64,000 nt of DNA. Origin: an uncultured Gemmatimonadales bacterium (GTDB lineage Bacteria > Gemmatimonadota > Gemmatimonadetes > Gemmatimonadales > Gemmatimonadaceae). The notes under the pieces are model-generated. The model was not told the origin of the DNA. It did not search any database and was given only the letters and a program-made list of their open reading frames with translations. Location of the stretch: positions 32,001 to 96,000 of the forward strand of contig CAWBZV010000005.1 in the NCBI GenBank assembly GCA_963793305.1. The letters are read 5' to 3'. Positions 50,771 through 62,764 of the stretch are shown piece after piece. Position numbers and translations under genes: made by a program. Positions within the stretch are counted from its first letter, which is position 1. Each line of letters starts with the position of its first letter.

Positions 50771-51340
50771 TCAGGTGCGCGCGATCGCCGAGAGCCGCTC
50801 CTGAAACTCACTCTCACCGATCACGGGCGCGACGTGGTCGACGTTGCACGGGATGTCGTCGTCGAGCTCGAGCCACGACACGCATCCCCCGTATCGCCGA
50901 AGCTCAGGGATGACGACAGGCTGGCGCAGTCGCTCGACGCGGAGTGCCGAAAGCGTCACGCCAGGCTCACGATAAAAGAACCGCGACTCGAGCGCCGAGA
51001 GCGACAACCCGAGCTCGTGCCGCACGAGGGCCAACCGCGCCAGGTCGGTGACCGTCACACAGATCGCCGTATGCGCGACATACTCGATGCGCACGTGCCC
51101 ACTCGGCGCCATGGCTGCATGCGATCGCTCCAATCGCGGGACGAGCGACTCGGACAGTTGCTCCGTCGACTGATGAAACCGGGTCGGATACAACACGAAC
51201 CGGCCGTGCCGCAGCGAAAACCCGGCGCCATGCTGATCGCGAATGCCGCCTTTCCGCACCATTGCGATGATGTCGCCGCTGCCGAGCGCATCGACCATGA
51301 CCGCCCATTCTTTGAGCGCCGTCCGCTCGGTCTGCATCAC
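50771..51340 (-). CDS. DUF1802 family protein
   Basis: ALKEWA...RKGGI, LYPT..HQ, YGGC.SW. Confidence 0.82.
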   Translation of the reverse strand: MMQTERTALKEWAVMVDALGSGDIIAMVRKGGIRDQHGAGFSLRHGRFVLYPTRFHQSTEQLSESLVPRLERSHAAMAPSGHVRIEYVAHTAICVTVTDLARLALVRHELGLSLSALESRFFYREPGVTLSALRVERLRQPVVIPELRRYGGCVSWLELDDDIPCNVDHVAPVIGESEFQERLSAIART

Positions 51341-52341
51341 GCGTCCGGAAACGGCAGCGCGGTCACGGTTGCCGTGACCTCCCGCTCACCGCGCGCCGTG
51401 ACGTTGCTCCCCAGCGTGATTTCTCGCCGCACGATGGCGAGCGCGATCGGCCCAAGCCGCGGCGAGCATACGATGCTGCGCACGTCGCCGACCGGCTTCC
51501 CATTCGCATCGTGCAATTCCGCCCGCTCGGCCGGCAGCTCGTCCCGCGTGCTCGCGAATCGCAGGCCGCGCAGATGTCGATTGACATGCCCGCGGAAATG
51601 AATGCGCGCGACGGTCTCCTGACCCGTATAACACCCCTTCGTGTAAGAGATCGCGCCCAGCTCGTCCAAGTTGGCTTCTTGCGGGATCGTGGTATCGTCG
51701 ATGTCGATGCCCCACTCGGGGATCCCGGCCTCGACCCGCACGATGTCCCACGTGGTCGCCGAGCAGACCGTGGCGCCGGCCGCGACGAAACGCCGGGTGA
51801 GCGCCTCCCGCGTATCGGCGGGCGCGATGATCTCGTAGCCGCTCACGCCCGTGACGCGAACGATGGTCCCGATGTCGGCCGCGATATGACCGTACGCCGG
51901 CAACGCGGTCAGCGTCTCGAGCGGCAGGCCCGATACGGCGCTGACTGCGTGTCCGGCCATCGCGCCATACACGCCGAGCGCAACGGTCGATGCCGACTCA
52001 TCGGCATTCGGCGTCACGCGTGGATTGATGTACTTCTTCACGATGTCCGCGAAGCCGGGCGCGGCGAGCGCCGGCACGTCGACCATGATCGCATCGTCGA
52101 GCCGCAGGAGACGCACATCGGCGACGATCTTCCCCTTGGGCGTCAGCACCGCCGCGTACTGCCCCTGACCAGGGGTGAGACTCACGACATCGTTCGTCAC
52201 CAGACCGGTGAGCGTGTCGGCCGCCCGCGCGCCGTTGAACCGCCACCGGGCCCGGGCGCTCCTGTCCACGAGGCCGGCGCCGGTCTTGATCGCCGTATAC
52301 TCGCTTGGCAGGATATGAGGCTCGAAGCGAACGGACGTCAT
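51337..52341 (-). CDS. ygfZ: YgfZ/GcvT-family folate-binding protein
   Basis: LVTND, LTPKGK, KGCYTGQE. Confidence 0.88.
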   Translation of the reverse strand: MTSVRFEPHILPSEYTAIKTGAGLVDRSARARWRFNGARAADTLTGLVTNDVVSLTPGQGQYAAVLTPKGKIVADVRLLRLDDAIMVDVPALAAPGFADIVKKYINPRVTPNADESASTVALGVYGAMAGHAVSAVSGLPLETLTALPAYGHIAADIGTIVRVTGVSGYEIIAPADTREALTRRFVAAGATVCSATTWDIVRVEAGIPEWGIDIDDTTIPQEANLDELGAISYTKGCYTGQETVARIHFRGHVNRHLRGLRFASTRDELPAERAELHDANGKPVGDVRSIVCSPRLGPIALAIVRREITLGSNVTARGEREVTATVTALPFPDA

Positions 52342-52345
52342 GTGA

Positions 52346-53599
52346 TCAAGTAAACGGATTCTCCCGAGCCGCGTAAGAGGCGTCGAGGAGGTCAACGGGG
52401 TGGACGACCCGCGCGGTCGCGCCGGACAGCAGAAGGCCCGCGCCGATCTGCATGAGGCAACCGGGGTTGCCGGTGGCGACCCATTCCGCTCCAGACTCGG
52501 CGATCCGCTCGAGCTTCGGCGCGAGCACTCGCGCCGCCAGCTCCGGCTCGAGCAGGTTGTAGATGCCGGCGCTGCCGCAACACTGATCGGCGTCGGCGAG
52601 CGGCACCAGCTCAATCCCAGGTATTGCCCGGAGCACCGCCAGCGGCGCGTCTGCTACCCGCTGCGCATGCAACAGGTGGCACGGCGCATCGTACGTCACG
52701 CGCTTTGCGCGCGGTGCGATCGGCGCTCCAGGCAACGGCCCGGCCGCCGCTAACAGCTCGCTGACGTCCCGCGCTTTCGCCGCCACCGCGGCGGCTCGCG
52801 TACTCCACGCCGGATCGTCCGCGAGCAGGCGGCCATACTCTTTCACCATCGCGCCGCATCCCGCCGCATTGATCGCGATCCACTTCGCTCCGGATTGTTC
52901 GAACGCCGCGACATTGGCGCGCGCCAGCGCTCGCGCGGTACGCGCATCGCCCGCGTGGGCATGCAGCGCGCCGCAGCATCGCTGCGGTGGCGTCTCGATG
53001 ACGCGATAGCCATTGACGTTGAGCGTCCGCTCCGTCGCCCGGTTCGTCTCGGCGAACAGGCCCTCCATAACGCACCCTCGGAGCAGCGCGACCATCCCTC
53101 GCTCACTGGTCGTCTCGACGCGGTACGCACGCTGTGGTACTACTTGCCGTGTCGCGGCCAGCATTGCCAATGGCACACGCCACCCTGCGAGGATGTCCGG
53201 GATACGCGTTGCGCGAAGCGCACGTGCACAGAACAGTGCTGCGCGCAGTAAGAGAGGCGAGGCGAAGACGCCGAGCACGATGCGCCCGATGAGCGGGATG
53301 GGCCGCTCGGCGACAATCGTCGCCCGTGTGGCCTCGAGCAGATGCCCGTACGGCACGCCGGACGGGCAGACGGTCTCGCACGCCCGGCAGCCGAGGCAGC
53401 GCCCGATGTGCGTGTCGATCGTGGGATCGAGGACGTCGAGATTGCCCTCCACGAGCGCCCGCATCAACATGAGCCTTCCTCGCGGGCTATCGTTCTCGTC
53501 ACCGGTCGCGAGATACGTCGGACAGGCTTGCAAGCAGAACCCGCAGTGCACGCACTGATCGAGTCCATGACGTTCCATGCTGAGCGGCGTCTCAGGCAT
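52346..53599 (-). CDS. glcF: glycolate oxidase Fe-S subunit
   Basis: CVHCGFCLQACPTY, CLGCRACETVCPSGV, CCG domains. Confidence 0.9.
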   Translation of the reverse strand: MPETPLSMERHGLDQCVHCGFCLQACPTYLATGDENDSPRGRLMLMRALVEGNLDVLDPTIDTHIGRCLGCRACETVCPSGVPYGHLLEATRATIVAERPIPLIGRIVLGVFASPLLLRAALFCARALRATRIPDILAGWRVPLAMLAATRQVVPQRAYRVETTSERGMVALLRGCVMEGLFAETNRATERTLNVNGYRVIETPPQRCCGALHAHAGDARTARALARANVAAFEQSGAKWIAINAAGCGAMVKEYGRLLADDPAWSTRAAAVAAKARDVSELLAAAGPLPGAPIAPRAKRVTYDAPCHLLHAQRVADAPLAVLRAIPGIELVPLADADQCCGSAGIYNLLEPELAARVLAPKLERIAESGAEWVATGNPGCLMQIGAGLLLSGATARVVHPVDLLDASYAARENPFT

Positions 53600-54653
53600 G
53601 CCCAAATATCCCTGGATTGAGCAGCCGCTGCGGGTCAAACGCCGCCCGCAAATCGCGCGACAGGAGATCGGACGCCGGCCCCGGCCCGAGCGCCTGCCAC
53701 GCGGCCGCGCCCAGTCGTTCGCCGATGACGGTACTCAACCCCTCGGGCACGACGTCCAACCCGATGCACCGCACAATCCCACGCCCTGGACTCGCGTCGA
53801 GCACGCGGTCACCCGCCACGAGCACATCCCAAATGGCGCCGACTCGCGTCGGCAAGTCCGAGCATCGAAACACCGATGCCCCCTCCCCGTCGGCAGCACG
53901 AAGCCCGCGCCACACGTCACTTGGATACTCGACCGCCGGCCCGAGCGCGCCGCGCTGAGCCGCCACCGATCGCGCATTGCCCGCGATCCGCACCAGGATG
54001 GCCGCGTCGTCGACGCCGAGGTCGAGCGAACGCGCCAGCGCCGCGCTCACCACGTCGAGCGCGATCGGCGCAACGGATGCCGCCGCGAGGCGATCGAGCA
54101 CCGGCGCGATCTCACGCCAGCTTCGCCCAACCGGTATGACGAACGTCTCGTCGACCGCGGGCTTCGCGTGCAGCCGAACGGTGACCTTCGTGATGACGCC
54201 CAATGTCCCCCATGACCCGGTGATACCCCGCGTGAGATCGAATCCCGCGACGTTCTTGACGACGCGCCCTCCACCCTGGACGACAGCGCCGGTCCCGGTC
54301 ACGGCCTCGACGCCGAGGACGAGATCGCGCGGCCGCCCAAACGCGTGGGCCAATGGTCCGGCCGACGCGGTCGCGATCGTGGCTCCGAGTGTCCCGGCAT
54401 CCGTACCGTACGGATCGAGCGCCAACCACTGACGCTCCGCCGCGGTCGCCTGGGCGATGTCGCCCAGCGTCGTGCCGGCGTGCGCGGTGAGCGTCAAGTC
54501 GCCCGGCGTGTACTCGACGAGTCCCGACAACGCCCCCAGCTCGACGACGCGCGCGGCGTCCACCGGTCGCCCCGCATCGAGCCACGTGCCGGCGCCAACG
54601 ATGCGCATCGGCACGCCTTCGAGCACGATGTCCCGGATCGCGTCAGCGTTCAC
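53592..54653 (-). CDS. glcE: glycolate oxidase FAD subunit
   Basis: YTPGDLT, GGRVVKNVAGFD, FDP..LNPG. Confidence 0.88.
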   Translation of the reverse strand: MNADAIRDIVLEGVPMRIVGAGTWLDAGRPVDAARVVELGALSGLVEYTPGDLTLTAHAGTTLGDIAQATAAERQWLALDPYGTDAGTLGATIATASAGPLAHAFGRPRDLVLGVEAVTGTGAVVQGGGRVVKNVAGFDLTRGITGSWGTLGVITKVTVRLHAKPAVDETFVIPVGRSWREIAPVLDRLAAASVAPIALDVVSAALARSLDLGVDDAAILVRIAGNARSVAAQRGALGPAVEYPSDVWRGLRAADGEGASVFRCSDLPTRVGAIWDVLVAGDRVLDASPGRGIVRCIGLDVVPEGLSTVIGERLGAAAWQALGPGPASDLLSRDLRAAFDPQRLLNPGIFGHA

Positions 54654-56041
54654 GACAATTATGTATGGGGACGACCTTGCCTGGATTCGCTCTCCGCTCG
54701 GGATCAAAGACGGTCCGCAACGCGCACTGGGCCGCGAGGGACTCGCTTGAGAAGATGCGGTCCATGTACTCGATCTTATCGAGTCCCACGCCGTGCTCGC
54801 CGGTGATCGACCCACCGGCGTCAATGCACACCTGCATGATCTCGCGCATCGCCGCCTGCACCCGACGCACCTCATCGGGATCCGTGCCGCGATATGGGAT
54901 GTTGGGGTGCAAATTGCCATCCCCGGCGTGAAAAACGTTGCACACGGTGACGCCATATCGCGCGGCGATGGCTCTTGTCTGAGCGAGTACGCTCGCCAGT
55001 GCGGTGCGGGGAACGACGGCATCCTGCACGACGAGATGCGAGCCCAGTCGCCCCATAGCGCCGAACGCTTTTTTTCTCCCCTGCCACAACCTCGCCCGCT
55101 CGGCCGGATCCAATGCGACGTGCACCGTGCGCGCGCCGTGCGCGAGACAGATCCCGCGAATCGTCTCCGCGTCATCGTCCAACCCGTCGGCGAGTCCGTC
55201 GACCTCCGCGAGCAGAGATGGCATCGGCATCGGTCGGGTACCCTGCCGCATAGATCGACTGCTCAACGGCCCGAATCGTCGGCCCGTCCATCATCTCGAG
55301 CGCCGCCGGAATGACACCAGACGCCACGATCGCCGACGTGGCGTGCGCCGCATCATCGAGCGACAGGAAATCGGCGAGCAGCGTCCGCACCGCTTGCGGG
55401 TTCGGCGTGAGCCGCACGGTGATGTCGATCGCCACGCCGAAGCACCCTTCCGAGCCCACGAACAACCCGAGCAGATCGTAGCCTTCGCGCTCGCCGGCGG
55501 GATTCCCGAGCGTGACGACCGCGCCGTCCGGCAACACGACGGTCAGCGCGACGATGTGATTGAGCGTCACGCCGTACTTGAGGCAGTGCGGCCCGCCGGC
55601 ATTCTCGGCGACATTCCCGCCAACGGTGCACGCGGCCTGGCTCGATGGATCGGGCGCGTAATGCAACCCGTACGGCGCAACGGCGCGACTGAGTGCCGCG
55701 TTCACCACGCCGGGCTCTACGACCGCCAGCCGGTTGACCGGATCGATCGACAGGATGCGGGTCAGCCTGTTCAGTCCCAACAACACGACGCCGTCCGCCA
55801 GCGCCCCGCCCGATAGCCCCGTCCCCGCTCCGCGGGGAACGAATGGGACCCCAGCGGCTGCTAATGCACGGACCACCGACACGACTTGATCGCGAGTTTC
55901 CGGAAAGACCGCCATCGACGGCTGCTTTTTATACCCGGGCAACCCATTGGCCGTATAGACCAGCAACTCACTCGGCCGCACCCGAACCCCGTGCGCGCCG
56001 ACGATAGCAATCAGCGTTTCAGGCGCCAGGGTGTGGGCCAT
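54643..56041 (-). CDS. glcD: glycolate oxidase subunit; +1 frameshift near 55216
   Basis: RGAGTGLSGG, PDPSS, ENAGGPHCLKYG, GSEG; continues HAGDGNLHP, GEHGVG in ORF 54643-55266. Confidence 0.9.
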
Positions 56042-56684
56042 GTCCGTTGGATTTCGCACGCACGTGCACCGTGGCGCGGCGTTCCAGCGAGTCGACCGCC
56101 GGCGACAGCAGCAATTCGATGTCCCGGAGCCGAGCGCTCGGCGAACGCGACACGAGAAGCCGCTGCCGGGCCGGCGCATCCATCTCGATGAGCGCCGCCA
56201 CCGCGAAGGCGAGCAACGCCGGATCGTCGGGAAGGATCGGCAACGCGTCGGGGTCATCCTGAATCGTGCGCGCCGCGGTCCCGACCCGCTCGAACAGCTC
56301 CCGCACCCGCGACGCACCCGGCGCCAATGTCAGCGGTGGCTCGTCCGCGTCATCGTAGGTCGACGCCTCGGCCACGTGGTACGGCCGCGTCGAATCGAGA
56401 TAGCGATCGAGGGCGAACCGATCGGTGCCACGCACGATCACATTCGACCGCCCGTCCGGCAGCAGCTCGGTACTCTCGACCCGCGCGACGCATCCGACGT
56501 GCCCCGACGGGAGGTCCCGCTCGGCGACACCATCCGGCCGAAGCGCGATGCCGAACTCGCGGTCGCCCTCGAGGCAATCGGCGAGCATGATGCGATACCG
56601 CGGCTCGAAGATGTGCAACGGGAGCGGCACGCCTGGAAACAGCACCAGCGGGAGCGGAAACAGCGGGAGCCGGCGCGTCATCAC
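56019..56684 (-). CDS. LON peptidase N-terminal substrate-binding domain protein
   Basis: LPLFPL..VLFPG..LPLHIFEPRY, PDGR. Confidence 0.88.
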   Translation of the reverse strand: MMTRRLPLFPLPLVLFPGVPLPLHIFEPRYRIMLADCLEGDREFGIALRPDGVAERDLPSGHVGCVARVESTELLPDGRSNVIVRGTDRFALDRYLDSTRPYHVAEASTYDDADEPPLTLAPGASRVRELFERVGTAARTIQDDPDALPILPDDPALLAFAVAALIEMDAPARQRLLVSRSPSARLRDIELLLSPAVDSLERRATVHVRAKSNGHGPHPGA

Positions 56685-59600
56685 GTTCGCAATGTAACGC
56701 TCGATGGTGGCACCGAGACGGTGGCCTTCCGCTCCAGCTTGCCCCAGCCGACGACGCGCCCGTGCAGCGCGGCCATGAACGACCGGACGACGACCCAGTA
56801 CATGAGCTGCCGGTACACGAAGCGTTGGATAAATATGAGCCACGTGAGCGCGTAGTCCTCGTCGGGCTCCATCAGAAACGCGACGACCGCGCCGAGCCAG
56901 TCGACGAGGAGGAACACCGCGTAGTACGTGAGCACCTTCTCGAGGCTCGTAAGCGCGTACGTTGCCCCATGGGTGTAGCGCGTCTCGACGATCGACACGA
57001 GACTCCACAAGAACATGAGATCGGCGAGCGGCGACAGCGCCGGGAGCAGCAGCTGGAACAGCCACACGTTCGGGAGTGCGACCCAACCGAGCGATCCGTA
57101 TTTCTTGCGGAACAACGTGTCCCGATGCTTCCAAGCGCATTGCAACGTTCCAAATGACCAACGAAACCGCTGGCGCGCGAGGGTTCTCAGCGTATCCGGC
57201 GCCTCGGTATACCCGATCGCGCCGTCGGCGTAGGCAATCGAAGACCCGGTTCTGCGTATCCGCAGGGTGAGGTCCTGATCCTCGGCGAGCGTGTCGTTCT
57301 GGAACCCCCCGACTTCCTGGATCAATGATCTTCGCCAAGCCCCGACGGCGCCCGGCACGACGGTGATGCCGTTCAGCAGAGAAAACGCACGCCGATCGAG
57401 ATTCTGACTCGTCACATACTCCAGTGCCTGCCAACGCGTGACGAGGTTGACCCTGTTCCCGACCTTGGCGTTCCCAGCGACCGCGCCTACGAGAGGATCG
57501 GCCAAGGGCTGCACCAACTCGGCGACAGTATCAGTGGCGAAGATCGTATCGGCGTCGAGCCCGATAACGATATCGTGGTGCGCTTTCGTCAGGCCGAAGT
57601 TCAGGGCCGACGCTTTGCCGCCATTCTCCTTCTGGTAGATGTGCACGCGGGGATGCGTGCCGTACGCCTCGAGCGCGATGTGGTAGGTGCGGTCGGAAGA
57701 GCCATCGTCCACGACCACCACTTCCAGATCACCGTCGTATGCTTGCCCGAGCAGGCTCTCGATTGTGCGCAGGATGACTTTCCCTTCGTTGTACGCGGGC
57801 ACGATCACGCTGACACCGGGCGCAAACGGGGTCGGCGCGCCCCGTCGTTGATGCCCACGAATGCGCTGGATGATCGCCAGTGGCCCGATGACGAGCAATC
57901 GGGCAACGCCGAGGATGACGGCGACCATGAAGATCCAGTAGAACACGATCTCGAGAATGCCGTAGGCGCCGAGTCCGAGGAGATCGATCACGCGCGTGAC
58001 TTCGTCGACGGGCGGTAGCGGCGGCATCGCCTGATCGCGCGGGATGCCCACCAGGGCCGAGACGAGGACGAGCGTGTCGCCGCGCGCGCGGAGCGAGTCG
58101 ATGATCGTGCCGAGCGCCTCGACGGTCCGCGACCGATCGCCACCGCCATCGTGCAGCAGCACGATGTTGCCGCTATCGCGCGCGGCGAGCACGTTGCGCA
58201 CGATCTGCGGCACGGGGATCGGCTGCCAATCTTCCGCGTCGTCGCGCAGGCCGATCGTGAGGTACTTCTTGTCCGTGGCCACGGCCACCGCGTCGAGCTC
58301 GTCCGTCGTGGTCGGGGTCGCGTCTCCGAAGTACGGCGGCCGGAAGAACGCGGTGCGGTGATCGATGACCGATTGGATCACGTGCTCATTCACGTCGATC
58401 TCCCGCGCCGTGCGCCATCGACCGACGAGCGCGAGATTCGGGTGCGTCATCGTGTGATTCCCGATCTCGTGGCCTTCGCGATACTCGCGCTGCAACAGCG
58501 GAATGTGCGGCAGAATGTTGTCGCCGATCACGAAGAAGGTCGCCGGCGCATGCCGCGACAACAGCGTGTCGAGGATCTGCGGCGTCCAGCGGCCATCCGG
58601 TCCGTCGTCGAACGTGAGCGCGACCTCGTGTTCGCGGTACCCGTAGCGGTCGACGACATACGGGTGCGGCACGACCGTGATCGAGTCGCGGGTGATGAGC
58701 GCGCTCGCGGGATCGATGCGAAAGGTGCGCTCGCCCTCGGTGGGCCGCTCGCGGATGTGCAGGATCTCGCCGCCGGAGTCGACCTTGTCCGGGCCTTCCG
58801 TGAACTCATCCTCGATGAACTCAACGTCGTAGCCGGGCGGGATCACGCGCAAGCTGTCTGGCGAGCCATCGAGCCCGCGGCGGCCGAGCACCGCCCATAA
58901 CAATGGGTCTTCCGCGCCCAGGCGCCAGATCGCCGTGCCCGCGGCGCCGAGCTCTTGACCCACGCGCAGCTGGTTGTAGGCGGTCACGCCGTCGAGGTAC
59001 CAGAGCACGTGATCGGTCGAGTCGGCGTCCGTCCACTGGACGTACGGGTTGAGCGAGACCGAATCGAAGTGCGTCGCGACGTTGTGCGTGCGCGCCGCGG
59101 CCATCGCTTCCTGGAACGTCTGCTGTGTGGCCTGCGGCAAGCTCGGGTCATCGTTCCAGTCGAACCCGTAGGCGCCGATCATCAGAATGACCTTTTCCGG
59201 CGGCACGAGCGACAGGATGCGGCGCGCGTGTTGCTCGTAGAACGATTGGCTCGCGATCGGCCCGGGCGCGCCGGCCTCGTAGTGCTCGTCGAAGAGCATG
59301 GCGAACAAGTAGTCGTCCACCGCCGCGAGTCGCCGCAGCAAGCTCGGCTCGATCTCCGCATGGATGCTCTGCGTCACGAGACGCTTCGAGGGGGCGAGCG
59401 CCAGTCGCATCTCGCGCGTGAACTCGACGAGCGAATCCTGCAGCTTGTCCGGGACATCCTCGAGGTCGATCGTGACCCCCGCGAGCGAATCTTTGAGGAT
59501 CACGTCGCGGAGTTGCGCGATCACCTTTTGCCGGGCGTCGACGTGCGTGAGCAGGTACTTCACGGCCGGGACGTTGAATCCGCCCGGTTTCCCCGGTGAC

Positions 59601-60152
59601 AGCGCGCTGTCGAAGTTGCTGAGCATGATGAAAAACGCCGGCGGCGATTGGTCGCGCGTTTGGCGCGCGACGTCGAAGACCGTCCGGTCGATGCGCAGCG
59701 CGGCCGAGTCGCCGGTATGCGACAGGAACGACCACTCGCCGACGACCCAGTCGAGGTCATTGATGTGCTTGTTCAGCGACGCGCGGGAGTTGTCCTGCCA
59801 GTTGATATAAAACCCCGCCACGATCTGATCTGTCGGAACGTCGTGGCCGAGCGTTCAGGGTGCCGCCGCCTGGCGGGATCAGGTCCGCTTTTCGCGCCGG
59901 GGGCGCCCGCCGAAAGACCTGCGCGACCCGACGGCGGAACGCATTTCGTTCACGCTGGTCCCGCGTCACGGCGAACGGCTCCGTGTGCTCGACCTTCAAC
60001 GTCGGTGCGATCGGCGGCGTGAGCACGCTGATCGCCAGAAAAACCCCGACCACTGTCGCGAGCGCGCCAAGCGTTATCCATAGGCGCCGCCACCCCCGGG
60101 CCCGGCGGCCGTAGGGGTCGAGAAAGACTGGCTTGACGGGGTCGTGAGACAT
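56681..60152 (-). CDS. GH18-like + polysaccharide deacetylase + processive GT2 fusion; +1 frameshift near 59826-59831
   Basis: VF.DP.GRR N-terminus with TM; GVTIDLE, WRLG; LTFDDGP, GNHT, RPPY, LLHDGG; DADT, LAED, QRFRW. Confidence 0.88.
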
Positions 60153-60200
60153 CTCGTGGGGAGAAAGATGTCTCCGGCGTGTCCCTGCCCGGTAGAGCCG

Positions 60201-61094
60201 CTAGGCGGCGTTCCAGAAGCCAGCGAGCGCCCCGCCATCTGGCGACTCCCGGAGCTTCTCAAAGGCCCGCTCGCGAATCTGCCGAATCCGCTCCCGCGTC
60301 ACGCCGAGCAGCGCGCCGATCTTTTCGAGGGTCATGGCCTCGGACCCTTCCTCGAGCCCGTAGTAGAGGCTCAAGATGCGCCGCTCGCGCGGCGTCAGGT
60401 ACTTCCGGAACGCTTTCTCGATGAACTCGCACCTGAGCGTACAATCCGTCGAGTCCTCGATCTCGCCGCCATCGACACCGGCAAACCGCTCGCCGAGTGT
60501 CGCCGCCTCGCGATCCGATCGATCGATGGGCGCGTCGAGCGACACCTCGGTCGACGACATTTGCTTCGCCGCGCGAACGGTCTCTGGCGTTTCCTCGATG
60601 AGCCGCCCGATCTCGTGGTCGGTCGGATCGCGCCGCAGCACTTGCGCCAGAATCGTTTCGGCTCTGGCGAGCTTGATCAGCTGCGAATTTTGATTGAGCG
60701 GGATGCGCACCGATCGCGTCTGTTCGGCCAGTGCCTTGAGCACCGCCTGCCGCACCCACCACACGGCATACGAGATGAACTTGACGCCTTGATCGGGATC
60801 GAACTTGCGTACGGCTTTGAGCAGCCCTTCGTTGCCGATGGCGACGAGCTCGGACAAGTCGAGGCCGTGCCCTTGATATTTTTTCACGTACGAGATGACG
60901 AATCGCAGGTTTGCCGTGACCAACCGCTCGGCGGCTTGTTCATCACCACGCTGCACCCGGCGCGCCAGCCGTCGCTCCTCTTCAACCTCTTTGATTAACG
61001 GCAGCTTCTGAATGTCGAGGAGGTACTGATCGAAAGCGGTGGAGGGGGCGTTACGGAAGAACCCTTTCGTGCTGCTTTCGGTCAGTGATTGCAT
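60201..61094 (-). CDS. sigma70-family sigma factor (RpoD-like, no region 1.1)
   Basis: ANLRFV, KFDP..G.KFISYAVWW, RSVRIP, TLE.IG, TRERIRQ. Confidence 0.92.
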   Translation of the reverse strand: MQSLTESSTKGFFRNAPSTAFDQYLLDIQKLPLIKEVEEERRLARRVQRGDEQAAERLVTANLRFVISYVKKYQGHGLDLSELVAIGNEGLLKAVRKFDPDQGVKFISYAVWWVRQAVLKALAEQTRSVRIPLNQNSQLIKLARAETILAQVLRRDPTDHEIGRLIEETPETVRAAKQMSSTEVSLDAPIDRSDREAATLGERFAGVDGGEIEDSTDCTLRCEFIEKAFRKYLTPRERRILSLYYGLEEGSEAMTLEKIGALLGVTRERIRQIRERAFEKLRESPDGGALAGFWNAA

Positions 61095-61142
61095 ACCCAG
61101 TGGGGCTGGGGAGGAAAACCCGGGGCGCCCACTGTAATAATC

Positions 61143-62216
61143 TCACCGGTTAGGGTCAACAGCCATGATTCGTGCCGCGGCCAGCGCATCGGCGTCATCG
61201 ACCGCAATTCCCCAGTCGGAACTGCCTCCCGCCATGCGTCCGATCGCGTGCGGCAACGCGTACTCCACGCGTTCGCGCCGTGCCTTTTTATCGGTCTTCG
61301 TGAGCGCGACGAGCCGCTCGGGGTCGAGTGACGAAGGGACCTGGCACGGCAAAGTCGCGAGTGCCAACGCCATGCGCACGCGGTCGGCGGTGCCGGCCTC
61401 GGCCAGCCCGAGTCGCTCCGCCAAACGGCTTTCAACCGCCATGCCGATCGCGATGGCCTCGCCATGTAACAACGCGTAGCCGCTCGACGCTTCGGCGGCG
61501 TGGCCAAGCGTGTGACCAAAGTTCAAGATCTTGCGAAGCCCGTGCTCGCGTTCGTCCCTCGCGACAACGGATTCCTTGATCGCCACACTCCCCTCGATCA
61601 ACGATCGCATGGCGGGGCTCGTAGACCCCCCCGGGGCGAGGAGCGCCGGCAGCGCCTCGACGGTCCGGTCAAAATACCCGGCATCGGCAATTACGCCGTG
61701 CTTAATTGCTTCAGCGAGTCCCGCGCGCAGCTCCCGCGGCGGCAGTGTCGCCAGCACCTCCGGATCGACTAGCACCGCCGCGGGCTGGTGAAAAGCACCC
61801 ACGAGATTCTTGCCCGCGGGTGTGTCGACTCCGGTTTTCCCGCCAATCGACGCATCGATCATCGCCAATAACGTCGTCGGTACTTGGACGAACGGAATCC
61901 CGCGCATGTACGTCGCGGCCACAAATCCCGCGAGATCTCCCACGACTCCGCCACCAATCGCGATGATCGCCGAGTCTCGCCCGAACCCTTTCGCCAGCAT
62001 CTCGTCCGTCACCCGCGCCCACGTCTCGCGCGTCTTTTCACTCTCCCCTGCGGGGATCGTGAAAAGAACGCAAGAGGGGCCAAGGGATGCGCAGACTCGT
62101 TGCGCGTACAGTGGGCCGACGTGGGTATCCGTGACGATCGCATATCGATGCGCGGGCGCGACGCGCGAAGCGCGAGCGCCGAGATCATTGATCAACCCGG
62201 ATTCGATAGTTACCAC
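61143..62216 (-). CDS. aroB: 3-dehydroquinate synthase
   Basis: GESEK, GGGVVGD, RG, PTTLLA, GGKT, KNLVG, NFGHT, HGEA, DKK. Confidence 0.95.
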   Translation of the reverse strand: MVTIESGLINDLGARASRVAPAHRYAIVTDTHVGPLYAQRVCASLGPSCVLFTIPAGESEKTRETWARVTDEMLAKGFGRDSAIIAIGGGVVGDLAGFVAATYMRGIPFVQVPTTLLAMIDASIGGKTGVDTPAGKNLVGAFHQPAAVLVDPEVLATLPPRELRAGLAEAIKHGVIADAGYFDRTVEALPALLAPGGSTSPAMRSLIEGSVAIKESVVARDEREHGLRKILNFGHTLGHAAEASSGYALLHGEAIAIGMAVESRLAERLGLAEAGTADRVRMALALATLPCQVPSSLDPERLVALTKTDKKARRERVEYALPHAIGRMAGGSSDWGIAVDDADALAAARIMAVDPNR

Positions 62217-62755
62217 GTGACTTCGCCCGCGCCGGCGCGGCGGTTCGCCACGCGCGCGAGCACAAATAGCAGATCGGAAAGGCGATTGAGATAGACGGTG
62301 ACGAGCGGCGGCAGCGCGACGGTCTCCTGGAGATGCACGACACGCCGCTCGGCTCTCCGGCACACGGTCCGCGCGACATGCAGCGCCGCTGCCTTCGGCG
62401 TACCGCCGGGCAAGATGAACGCCTTGAGCGGCTCGAGCTCGTCCTCACCAGCGTCGATGGCCCGCTCGAGTTGCGCGATGCGCGCGTCGTCGATGCGCGC
62501 CTTGGCGAGCTGCTCCTGCATTTTGACGAGATCGGGCGTCGCCAAAATCGCGCCGAGCCCAAAGAGATCCCGCTGCACGGGAGTCAAGATCTCGTCGACG
62601 CGCGGCATGAGCTCGATCGAGCGCGCCATGCCGATGAAGGCGTTGAGCTCGTCGACGGCGCCATAGGCCTCGACGCGCGGATCATCCTTCGGCACGCGTC
62701 CGCCGCCGAACAATCCGGTGTCCCCTTCGTCGCCCGTCCTTGTATAGATGCGCAC
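62210..62755 (-). CDS. PduO-type cob(I)alamin adenosyltransferase
   Basis: IYTRTGDEG, YGAVDELN, FILPGG, CRRAER, NRLSD. Confidence 0.93.
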   Translation of the reverse strand: MRIYTRTGDEGDTGLFGGGRVPKDDPRVEAYGAVDELNAFIGMARSIELMPRVDEILTPVQRDLFGLGAILATPDLVKMQEQLAKARIDDARIAQLERAIDAGEDELEPLKAFILPGGTPKAAALHVARTVCRRAERRVVHLQETVALPPLVTVYLNRLSDLLFVLARVANRRAGAGEVTW

Positions 62756-62764
62756 AGGCGAATG

